From: Candidatus Moraniibacteriota bacterium
Lineage (GTDB): Bacteria > Patescibacteriota > Minisyncoccia > Moranbacterales > UBA1568
Length of the DNA: 64,000 nucleotides
Assembly: GCA_052035095.1 (NCBI GenBank)
Contig: JBPOHW010000004.1
Span: 23,527-87,526 of the forward strand
Direction: 5' to 3'
Part shown: piece by piece, positions 21,008-29,345 of the stretch
Layout: each line of letters begins with the position of its first letter
How positions within the stretch are numbered: the first letter of the stretch is position 1
Notes under the pieces: model-generated
What the model was told of the DNA's origin: nothing
Seen by the model: only the letters and a program-made list of their open reading frames with translations
Database searches by the model: none
Position numbers and translations under genes: made by a program

Positions 21008-21101
21008 GTTGCCTCGACCAAGAAAAAGAATTTTTCTCACACACTCCTCCCGGGCTCGGAGCGAAGTTTCGAAAAATTCTTTTTCTTGGTCTCGGCGTGC
21101 A
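21008..21101 (+). repeat. Palindromic intergenic element family R1, copy 4
   Basis: GTTGCC...GGCGTGCA; stem like copy 2, loop like copy 1. Confidence 0.9.
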
Positions 21102-21129
21102 TGATAGAATCATCGGGGTAATTTCGTAT

Positions 21130-21164
21130 CATTCTCCATTCTCCATTCTCCATTCTACATTCTC
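21130..21164. repeat. 7-nt tandem repeat (CATTCTC)x5, one unit variant
   Basis: Read directly; lies immediately upstream of the sensor ATG. Confidence 0.9.
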
Positions 21165-21167
21165 CTT

Positions 21168-22715
21168 ATGACTCTTCGAAAAAAAATATTTTTTATCGTC
21201 GCGTACGCGGTGGAAGGAACGATGATTGTGCTCTACGCGGGGATCAGCTTCTTCTTTCTTGGGAATCTTATCGATAACGAGCAAGAAGATGTGCGGCGAA
21301 ATGTCGAGTGGGTCGGGCGAGCGATACGACAGGATATCGCGGATATGAATCGTCAGATTCTCGATTGGTCGCATTGGGATGATATGTACGCGTTTGCCGA
21401 CGCGCCGACGGAATCGTTTATCGAATCAAACTTGCCGGTTGAATCACTTGATATTCTCGATCTGAGTTTTATCGTGATTGCCGATCGGGACGGGAAGATA
21501 CTTGCCGGGCAGGGCATGGATCGGAAAACTCGCGAGAAGCTCGCTGTGCCGAGTGAGGTTGAAAAGCAGGTCGCGCTGGGAAATATTCTTTCGACATTCG
21601 CGTCGCCATCCGATGGGCACTCGGGTATCATTTTGTTTGCTTCGGGACCCGCGCTTATCGCGACGAGACCGATCGTGACCTCGCTCGGTGAGGGACCGCC
21701 TCGAGGGGCGATTGCTTTTGTGCGAATGCTTGATGACGGATATCGTCGAGGGCTTTCGGATTTTCTCGGGTATCCGCTTGCGTTTTCGTTTGTCGGTTCC
21801 AATAATTTTTCGTCCGACTTTTCTGAGGCGGCGAAAGAACTGCGGTCTCCCGAGGATGTAAAAACAAGCGTGGGTGAAACTTCGATTTCTGGGTACGGAT
21901 TTCTTCCGGATGTGTTCGGGAGTCCGCTTCTTTTTTACCGATTGGAGAAGGCGATTCCGACATCGTTTGGAACGTCGAAATTGATGGCGGCGCTTTCACT
22001 TATCGGTTTCCTCCTTGTCGCGACGCTCCTCATTTTCTTTCTTTTACACTGGACAGTGCTATCACGCGTCAACTTCTTGAGTCGCTCGCTCGCCCATGCC
22101 AGGCGGAAGGGATTATCCAAAGAAGGTATTGATTTCTCCGGAAGCGACGAGATTGCCGACTTGGCGAAAGAGATAAACGCGCTTCTCTCGGCGTTTCTCT
22201 CGGTTCGCGAGCGGGGCGATGTCGCCGAACGGCGATTTGAAACGATTGCCGATACGATTCCGGCGTTTCTCTGGATGATTGGAACGAATCAACAGTGTCT
22301 CTACGTGAATAAACAGGCATCCTCATGTATTGGGGCGATTGCGGCGGAGGAGTTTATGGAAGCGTGGCGGAAACATATTCATCCGGATGATGTCGCGGGG
22401 TGCCTTGCTCGTTGCGCGAGCGCCTTTGAAAGGCGGAAACCACTCACGATGGAATATCGGGTGGTGTGTTCGGGCGGGGGATACCGGTGGGTGCTTGATA
22501 GTAGCGTCCCGTTTTCGAGTTCGGTTGGGGTTTTTCTCGGATTTCTCCATGTGGCGGTTGATATTACCGATCGAAAGGACTCCGAAGAAAAAGAGGTTTC
22601 GAAGCGCAAAGAGGCGGAGCGCTTGAACGCGATTATGGTGAGTCGCGAGCTTCGTATGATTGAACTCAAGAAGGAAATCAAGGAATTGCGCGGAAAGAAA
22701 GAATCTCATTCCTAA
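21168..22715 (+). CDS. Membrane sensor CHASE4-HAMP-PAS without a kinase domain
   Basis: DWSHWDDMYAF (CHASE4), DEIADLAKEIN (HAMP), IHPDD...EYR...YRWV...DITDRK (PAS/PAC); ends in RELRMIELKKE coiled coil. Confidence 0.85.
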   Translation: MTLRKKIFFIVAYAVEGTMIVLYAGISFFFLGNLIDNEQEDVRRNVEWVGRAIRQDIADMNRQILDWSHWDDMYAFADAPTESFIESNLPVESLDILDLSFIVIADRDGKILAGQGMDRKTREKLAVPSEVEKQVALGNILSTFASPSDGHSGIILFASGPALIATRPIVTSLGEGPPRGAIAFVRMLDDGYRRGLSDFLGYPLAFSFVGSNNFSSDFSEAAKELRSPEDVKTSVGETSISGYGFLPDVFGSPLLFYRLEKAIPTSFGTSKLMAALSLIGFLLVATLLIFFLLHWTVLSRVNFLSRSLAHARRKGLSKEGIDFSGSDEIADLAKEINALLSAFLSVRERGDVAERRFETIADTIPAFLWMIGTNQQCLYVNKQASSCIGAIAAEEFMEAWRKHIHPDDVAGCLARCASAFERRKPLTMEYRVVCSGGGYRWVLDSSVPFSSSVGVFLGFLHVAVDITDRKDSEEKEVSKRKEAERLNAIMVSRELRMIELKKEIKELRGKKESHS

Positions 22716-22726
22716 TCTTTTGATTT

Positions 22727-24007
22727 ATGACATCAACGAAACAGAGCGTAGTCGCGCATGGAGAATCCGAAGGCGCTTCGGTATCGCCGGAATACGTGAA
22801 AGAATTGGAAAAGAAAGTGCATCAACTCGAAGATACCGAGAAGGCGATTTTGAACGTGCTCGAAGATGCGAGACTTCTCGAAGATCAACTGCATCGGCAA
22901 ACCGAAGAGCGCGAATCGATTCTGCGGTTTCTCCGCTCGATCGGAGACGGGGTTATCGCGGTTGATCTCGGGGGAAATATACTCTTTGTCAACGAAACCG
23001 CCGCGCGCCTTTTGGTTCCCGATGGAAATTCTTCGGAGATATCGGAAGCGATGAAGGGGGCTCGGTGTCCGGAGGTGTTTTCGCTCGAGTCCGAAAAGGC
23101 GCCGCATATGTCTGTGGATTTTCTCGAGCGCGTGATTCAGGAAGGAAAAGTCTTTGAAGACACTCGGGGTGTTTTGGCGCGAAAGAGCGGCGGTCAAATT
23201 CCGGTGGCGTATTCCGTGAGTCCGATTCATGGCGAAGGCGATCGGCTTTTGGGATGTATGATTGTTCTCAAGGATATGACCGAAGAGCGCGAGGTAGACA
23301 ATGCGAAAGATCGCTTCTTGTCGGTCGCGGCGCATCAGCTTCGAACTCCGCTTTCCGGTATGCGCTGGAGTATGGAAATGGTTTTGAACGGAGATTCCGG
23401 AGATGTTTCAGCGGAAGTGAAGCAGACGGTCGCGCGAATACATGAGAATACGATCCGAATGATCGCGCTCATCAATGATCTTTTGAACGTGGCGCTTCTT
23501 GACGCCGGGCAAGATCCCGAATCCGCGGAGCCGGTCGCGGTTAAGGAAACGCTCGCGGATGTCTTTCAAGAACTCAAGCCATATGCCGACAAATCAAATA
23601 TCGTACTCGAGTTTTCCGCTCCGCGAGAGGCTTCCGAGTGGCACGTGCTTTCTTTGCCACGTCGCCTCTATGAGGTGTGTGAGAACTTGGTACACAATGC
23701 CGTGAAGTATAGTCGGACGAATTCATCGGTTACGGTTGCTCTCGAATCTGTCACCAGCGACCGATGCCGGATTTCCGTGAAGGATAACGGTATCGGTATT
23801 CCGAAGGGCGATTGTGACAAGATTTTTGGGAAGTTTTTTCGCGCTTCGAACGCATTTCGATGGAAAACGGAGGGGTCCGGTTTGGGACTTGCCGTTGTCA
23901 AGAGTTTTGTCGAAGAAATGGGCGGACACGTTTCTTTTGAGAGCGAGGAAGAAAAGGGAACGGTCTTTATCGTTGAGCTTCCTCTCGTAAAGTCTTGTAA
24001 AAAGTAG
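22727..24007 (+). CDS. Cytoplasmic PAS histidine kinase
   Basis: SIGDGVIAVD (PAS), AAHQLRTPL (H-box), NLVHNAVKY, DNGIGIP and GSGLGL motifs. Confidence 0.95.
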   Translation: MTSTKQSVVAHGESEGASVSPEYVKELEKKVHQLEDTEKAILNVLEDARLLEDQLHRQTEERESILRFLRSIGDGVIAVDLGGNILFVNETAARLLVPDGNSSEISEAMKGARCPEVFSLESEKAPHMSVDFLERVIQEGKVFEDTRGVLARKSGGQIPVAYSVSPIHGEGDRLLGCMIVLKDMTEEREVDNAKDRFLSVAAHQLRTPLSGMRWSMEMVLNGDSGDVSAEVKQTVARIHENTIRMIALINDLLNVALLDAGQDPESAEPVAVKETLADVFQELKPYADKSNIVLEFSAPREASEWHVLSLPRRLYEVCENLVHNAVKYSRTNSSVTVALESVTSDRCRISVKDNGIGIPKGDCDKIFGKFFRASNAFRWKTEGSGLGLAVVKSFVEEMGGHVSFESEEEKGTVFIVELPLVKSCKK

Positions 24008-24060
24008 CGTCGTCTATTTACTCGGCGCGGGTATCAAATAATAAAAATTTTTTGAGTGTT

Positions 24061-24459
24061 ATGAACGATGAGAAAAACAAAAATGCAACGAAATACATTC
24101 TCGTCATCGAAGATGATGAATATATTTCCGACGTGTACCAGAAAAAACTTTCGCTGGAAGGTTTTGAGACCGCGCTTGCCCGAGATGGCGAGGAGGCGCT
24201 TCGGATGATTCGCGAGCGGAAACCCGATCTCGTGCTTCTTGATATTGTGATTCCCTTGAAAGACGGCTTTCAGGTCCTCTCGGAAATTCGAAACGACGCG
24301 AGTCTCAAGGGAGTTCGCGTACTGGTTATGTCCAATCTGAGTCAGGGAAAGGATATCGCTCGCGCCAAGGAGTTGGGCGCTGTCGACTATATCGTGAAAT
24401 CGAATGTTGGGCTCCCCGATATGGTGGAACGGATACGAAAAGCCGTGTTTTCGGAATGA
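24061..24459 (+). CDS. Single-domain response regulator
   Basis: ILVIEDD, PDLVLLDIVIPLKDG and GAVDYIVK motifs. Confidence 0.95.
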   Translation: MNDEKNKNATKYILVIEDDEYISDVYQKKLSLEGFETALARDGEEALRMIRERKPDLVLLDIVIPLKDGFQVLSEIRNDASLKGVRVLVMSNLSQGKDIARAKELGAVDYIVKSNVGLPDMVERIRKAVFSE

Positions 24460-24599
24460 AGCGGATTTTGTCGTATAGGGTGTCTCGATCCGGACAGGTG
24501 TCGGAATTTTTTTGACATATCGCTTTTTCCTTGCTATTCTGTCAAGACCATAACGGCGCTTGCCGTTTTTTGTTCGCCTTTCGTTTTTCGGCAATTTCT

Positions 24600-26390
24600 A
24601 TGGACATTCGAAATATCGCCATTATCGCGCATGTGGACCACGGGAAGACCACACTGACTGATGCTTTGATGCGCCAAACCGGCATGATCGAGGAAGGGGT
24701 CAGTATGGACTCGAACGCTCTCGAACAGGAGCGCGGCATTACGATCTATTCCAAGAACGCGGCGCTTTTTTACAAGGATACCAAGATTAATATCGTGGAC
24801 ACACCCGGGCACGCGGATTTCGGGAGCGAGGTGGAGCGAGTGCTTCGCTCGATTGATTCAGTGCTCCTCGTGGTCGATGCGCAGGAGGGTCCGATGCCGC
24901 AGACGCGGTTTGTGCTTAAGAAATCACTGGAGTTGGGGCTCAAACCGATTGTGGTTATCAACAAAATAGACAAACCGGCGGCGCGCGTCGAATGGGTGCT
25001 TGATCAAATATTCGAGCTCTTCCTTGATCTGGGCGCGACCGATGAACAGCTTGAATTCAAAACTGTGTACGCGATCGCGAAGCAGGGTATCGCGAAGCGT
25101 CGTATGGAGGATGAGTCGAGCGACCTCTCACCGCTTCTTGATATGGTGCTCGAGGCGGTCCCCGCGGCGGGGCAGGATACCGAGTCGCTCTTTCGCGCGC
25201 AACCGTTCAACTTGGGCTATGATAATTTTCTCGGGCGTCTCGCCGTGTGTCGCGTGTATGAAGGAAGCGCCAAAGTGGGCGACACCGTTTTTGCCAAGAA
25301 GCCTTCGGGAGAAATTTCTTCGGGGCGCATTACCAAGATCTTCACCTTTCGCGGGTTGACGCGCGTCGAAACGAATGAGGTGTCCGCCGGTGATATCGCG
25401 CTCATTGCCGGTATCGCGGACGTGTACATTGGCGATACGATCGCGCACACCAAGGACGTGAAGAATTTGCCGTCGATCGCGATCGATGAACCGACGATCA
25501 CGCTTCACTTTCTCGTAAATGATTCACCCTTTGCGGGACGCGAAGGGAAATTTGTGACGCGCGAGCAATTGCGCGAACGCCTTCGTCGCGAACTGGAAAT
25601 AAACGTGGGACTCAAAATCGATTTTGATTCGGGGGAAAACTTCCTTGTCTCGGGACGCGGCGAACTACATATCGCGATTCTTTTGGAAACGATGCGTCGC
25701 GAAGGCTATGAGTGCCAGGTGTCGCAACCGAAGGTGATTATGAAAGAAGTGGACGGCGTGAGGTGCGAGCCCTTCGAAGAAGTGATCGTCGATGTGCCGA
25801 CGGAATATACGGGCGCGGTCATTGAGCGAATGGGGCGACGAAAAGGCATTATGACCAATATGAAACAGGGGCAGGGCAATGACTCGCGACTGCTCTTTGA
25901 AATTCCGACACGCGGACTCTTGGGCTATCGCGGGCAGTTCACCGTCGACACTAAGGGCGAGGGAATTCTCTCGTCGCGCTTCCTTGAGTTTCGTCCGTAT
26001 GTCGGTGATATCGAACACCGAAGCGTCGGCTCGATGATCTCGATGGCGACGGGGAAGGCGCTCGGCTTCTCGCTCTGGAATTTGCAGGATCGCGGGACGC
26101 TCTATATCGGCGCCGCGACCGATGTCTATGAGGGACAGGTCATCGGCAATGCCTCCAAAGGCGACGATATGGCGGTGAATCCTACCAAGGGGAAACAGCT
26201 CACCAATATGCGCGCCTCGGGTTCCGACGACGCGATTCAACTCACACCGCCGTGGACGCTCTCGATTGAACGCGGTCTCGAGGTAATGGCGGAAGACGAA
26301 TACCTCGAAATCACGCCAGAGAGCGTCCGCCTCAGGAAGCAATACCTTACCGAGAACGAACGGGTGAAAATGGGGAGAAAGGGGAAGTAA
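24600..26390 (+). CDS. typA: Translational GTPase TypA/BipA
   Basis: [58 protein letters not shown]. Confidence 0.97.
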   Translation: MDIRNIAIIAHVDHGKTTLTDALMRQTGMIEEGVSMDSNALEQERGITIYSKNAALFYKDTKINIVDTPGHADFGSEVERVLRSIDSVLLVVDAQEGPMPQTRFVLKKSLELGLKPIVVINKIDKPAARVEWVLDQIFELFLDLGATDEQLEFKTVYAIAKQGIAKRRMEDESSDLSPLLDMVLEAVPAAGQDTESLFRAQPFNLGYDNFLGRLAVCRVYEGSAKVGDTVFAKKPSGEISSGRITKIFTFRGLTRVETNEVSAGDIALIAGIADVYIGDTIAHTKDVKNLPSIAIDEPTITLHFLVNDSPFAGREGKFVTREQLRERLRRELEINVGLKIDFDSGENFLVSGRGELHIAILLETMRREGYECQVSQPKVIMKEVDGVRCEPFEEVIVDVPTEYTGAVIERMGRRKGIMTNMKQGQGNDSRLLFEIPTRGLLGYRGQFTVDTKGEGILSSRFLEFRPYVGDIEHRSVGSMISMATGKALGFSLWNLQDRGTLYIGAATDVYEGQVIGNASKGDDMAVNPTKGKQLTNMRASGSDDAIQLTPPWTLSIERGLEVMAEDEYLEITPESVRLRKQYLTENERVKMGRKGK

Positions 26391-26440
26391 AGTAGTGAGG
26401 AGCGAGGAGTTAGTAGTCAGCAGTGAGGAGAAAAAGGGAG

Positions 26441-26468
26441 TAGAAAACAGCCGTGTCCGGCTGTTTTC
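26441..26468 (+). terminator. Intrinsic terminator after typA
   Basis: AGAAAACAGCCG-TGTC-CGGCTGTTTTCT hairpin. Confidence 0.75.
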
Positions 26469-26520
26469 TTGCTTTTCTCTCGAGAAAATCCCACCGATAC
26501 GCCGCTTTTGTCGGTTTTCA

Positions 26521-26549
26521 TTGACAAAATGTCGGTCTTGTGCTAGGAT
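26521..26549 (+). promoter_or_regulatory. Sigma70-type promoter
   Basis: TTGACA-N17-TAGGAT. Confidence 0.7.
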
Positions 26550-26683
26550 GGCAAACGTGTAGTTCTTTTTCCTGATTTTTGAGAGCTTGAGTTGAGTGGC
26601 TCGAGATTCTCAAGTGGTCGGAAATTGAAGTTTTTTACCAACAAAGGTCGTCAGAAGACGACCACTTTCGGAGGAAAGAGAAG

Positions 26684-26923
26684 ATGTGTACTGCGAGTAT
26701 CTGTAGAACGTCGGATGGAGATTTCTGTACGATGTCATGGACGATGCGGGAGCCTGCCATGGCTCACCCATCGGAAGTGATGACGGCAAAGGACTTTGTC
26801 TCAATGCTTTCGTGGTTTATTCGCCACGATCGCGAAAAAGCGGAGGAGTTTGCTTTCGCATGGTACCATGACAACACGGCTACCGTGAGAAAGATGGTGG
26901 TGGCGGCGGGGATTCGGCACTGA
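26684..26923 (+). CDS. Small orphan protein (79 aa)
   Basis: GGAGG RBS, upstream promoter, downstream GGGGCGGA/TCCGCCCC terminator. Confidence 0.55.
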   Translation: MCTASICRTSDGDFCTMSWTMREPAMAHPSEVMTAKDFVSMLSWFIRHDREKAEEFAFAWYHDNTATVRKMVVAAGIRH

Positions 26924-27075
26924 ATTATGCTTTGGGGCGGATGTGGAAATAGATTTCCCTCCGCCCCTTGAATTTTTTTTGGCGTCTCTTTGGAGGCGTT
27001 TTTTCGTTCTCTTTCTTTTCCCACTTCCTTCGTTCTCTCTTCCATCTTTTGCGCTTCAGGTGCTATGCTTTCGGT

Positions 27076-28590
27076 ATGATGGAAAGAATGCAAAATCTTC
27101 TGTGGTACGCCTTTGTGTTTCTCTTGCCGTGGCAGATGGTGTGGATTGTTCGGGAGACATTCGTCGGCGGGGAGAAGTGGCAGTACGCGACGATGGGGCT
27201 TTATGTGTCGGATGTGGCGCTTCTCGCGTGTGCTGTTTTCTTGTGTCTCGGCGCGTCGCGCGACGTGTGGCGGGGAATGTTTCGTGACGCGATTGTGTGG
27301 ATTTTTGTAGCGCTTCTTGCGTGGTTGCTTCTCTCGATAGCGTGGGCGATGGAAAAAAATATGGCGCTTCTCTCGGCGTGGCGTGTTTTTCTTGTGATGC
27401 TTACGTATGCGTGCGCGCGGTATGGCGGGGTTTCTTTTCGGAAGACACTTCTCGTGTTTCTCATTTCGATGACGCTTCAGGCGGGACTCGCGATTTCGCA
27501 GTGGGTTTCGCAATTTGTCTCCGCGTCGAGCCTTTTCGGTATCGCCGAGCATGATCCGTCGCGATGGGGGAGTTTTGTTTTGAAAACCGAGAGTGGACGG
27601 TTTCTGCGTGCCTACGGCGGATTCGAACATCCCAATGTCTTGGGCGGCGCGCTTGCGATTGCGACGCTTTTTGGTGTGTGGCTCTCCGCGACGGCGAAGG
27701 GTATTGTTGCGAGGATTGGCTTTCTGGGGATGACCATTATGTCGAGCTTCACCCTCGTGTTCACTTTTTCACGGAGCGCGTGGATGGGATTTGGTATCGG
27801 GATGAGCGTGTTGTCTCTTGGTTCGATATGGCGTTTGTGTGAGGTGTGTGTTTCGTCATTCCCGCGAAGGCGGGAATCCAGGCTCCACAAAATGAAAGAA
27901 TTTTTGAAGGGAAATTTTATTGAAACAATTCTCCGAAAAACTGACGCTCCCGGAAATCTTTCGAAGAAAGTTCGTTTCGATATGTCGGTAGTCCTGTGGT
28001 ACCTGGATTCCCGCCTTCGCGGGAATGACGGAAAGAAAGATTGGAATTGCTTGGAAAATTCTCAAAGGCTTGTTCGATATGTGGGCGCAGTATTTCTTAT
28101 ACTCCTCTCTTTCTGTATCGGATTTTTTCTCGTTCGCGATATCGCGATGAGTCGGTTTTCGGAAGAGACGCTCGCGCGCGAAGGGTCGCTCTCGGATCGC
28201 GCGGCATATATGCAACAGGCATTGGCTGTCATACGCGAACATCCGATACTCGGTGTCGGCGGCGGGAATTTTACGGCGTTTACGCAAGCTCGTTTTCCTG
28301 AGAGCGGAAAATTCGTCGGCGATTTTCAACCGGTGCATACGGTGCCGATATTGGTCTTTGCCGAGCTTGGCGCGGTCGGGTTTGTTCTTTTTGCGTCGCT
28401 TTTCGTTTTTGCCTTTCTTTGCGCGTGGCGAGAAAAAAATATGTTTGCCGGCATGATACTCTGCGCGCTTCTCTCGATGCTTTTTCTTGATCACTGGCTC
28501 TGGAGCGGACATTTCGGCGCGGTGTTTCTCGGGTTTGTGTTGGGAATGTGTAGCCGAAAAGTTTCAAATCTCGAATTTTTTGAAAAATAG
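27076..28590 (+). CDS. O-antigen ligase (Wzy_C/WaaL-like) family protein
   Basis: RAYGGFEHPNVLGG, TFSRSAW, HPILGVGGGNF, PVH...AELGAVG and DHWLWS motifs. Confidence 0.9.
   Translation: MMERMQNLLWYAFVFLLPWQMVWIVRETFVGGEKWQYATMGLYVSDVALLACAVFLCLGASRDVWRGMFRDAIVWIFVALLAWLLLSIAWAMEKNMALLSAWRVFLVMLTYACARYGGVSFRKTLLVFLISMTLQAGLAISQWVSQFVSASSLFGIAEHDPSRWGSFVLKTESGRFLRAYGGFEHPNVLGGALAIATLFGVWLSATAKGIVARIGFLGMTIMSSFTLVFTFSRSAWMGFGIGMSVLSLGSIWRLCEVCVSSFPRRRESRLHKMKEFLKGNFIETILRKTDAPGNLSKKVRFDMSVVLWYLDSRLRGNDGKKDWNCLENSQRLVRYVGAVFLILLSFCIGFFLVRDIAMSRFSEETLAREGSLSDRAAYMQQALAVIREHPILGVGGGNFTAFTQARFPESGKFVGDFQPVHTVPILVFAELGAVGFVLFASLFVFAFLCAWREKNMFAGMILCALLSMLFLDHWLWSGHFGAVFLGFVLGMCSRKVSNLEFFEK
27854..28030. 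mobile_element. REP doublet (REPIN-like, dRS3/CGTC-type) inserted in frame in the ligase gene
   Basis: Perfect 29-bp inverted repeats CGTCATTCCCGCGAAGGCGGGAATCCAGG at 27854-27882 and 28002-28030; total 177 bp = 59 codons. Confidence 0.9.
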
Positions 28591-28670
28591 TGAGAGGCGA
28601 GATGTCTTTGACAGAAAGACTTTTCCATGAAAGACTTTGATTGATTTCAACCGCAAGAGGTACATTAACA

Positions 28671-29138
28671 ATGGACGAAATGAATGAAGTTCGGATTTCG
28701 GTAATATCCGAAAAAGGAAAGTTTTGGTTCAGCTATGGCGATCTTAAATTTGATCGCTTCAGCTGCCGTGGAGAATATCATCTTGGAACCTTAACCTTGC
28801 TTCGGGAAGGAGAGGATGACAAAAAAGCTATCGTTTTGTGGCATGGCACGCACGCCGCATGCCCTTGCTTTGTAGGAGATGGTCTTATTCCGGATGCTTA
28901 TGCCCTTAGTTCTTTGGCCGCAGAACGGCTTAAAGTGGGAGACTCGCTTATTTTGCGTGTTCCCAAACAAGAAAATTTCGACTTTGAGCGTCTCATCCGA
29001 CAAGATTGGACTATTCGTAAAGCATGTGAGAATTTGGAGCCTGGAAAACCGTACACGTCAGAGGAATTTTTTGAAACGATGCTCAACGGAATTTCCTCAT
29101 GTAAAGCAGAAGCAGAGAAAGATACTCTGAGCTTCTAA
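28671..29138 (+). CDS. Orphan hypothetical protein, lower GC
   Basis: TTGACA at 28608 and terminator AAGGTCCC/GGGACCTTTT at ~29153-29176. Confidence 0.6.
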   Translation: MDEMNEVRISVISEKGKFWFSYGDLKFDRFSCRGEYHLGTLTLLREGEDDKKAIVLWHGTHAACPCFVGDGLIPDAYALSSLAAERLKVGDSLILRVPKQENFDFERLIRQDWTIRKACENLEPGKPYTSEEFFETMLNGISSCKAEAEKDTLSF

Positions 29139-29345
29139 AATAAGTAACTCACAAGGTCCCTCTATCGGGACCTTTTGAATTTGAGGCGGAAGTATCTTCT
29201 TTGCGATAATGTGAATGCACTCTCGACATCATCGAAACAAGAATCAGGATAACGATGACGATGAAAAGGGACAAAAAAAGTAGCGAGCAAACGCGACCGC
29301 GCAAGCTCGCGCGGTCGCGCGTGGAGGCTATTCTTGCGGAGAGGG

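Noticed and set aside
8845-21101. R1 repeats as CRISPR repeats or integron attC sites
   Set aside because: They are 84-95 bp, kilobases apart, with no cas genes. Ends do not fit RYYYAAC...GTTRRRY and there is no integrase.
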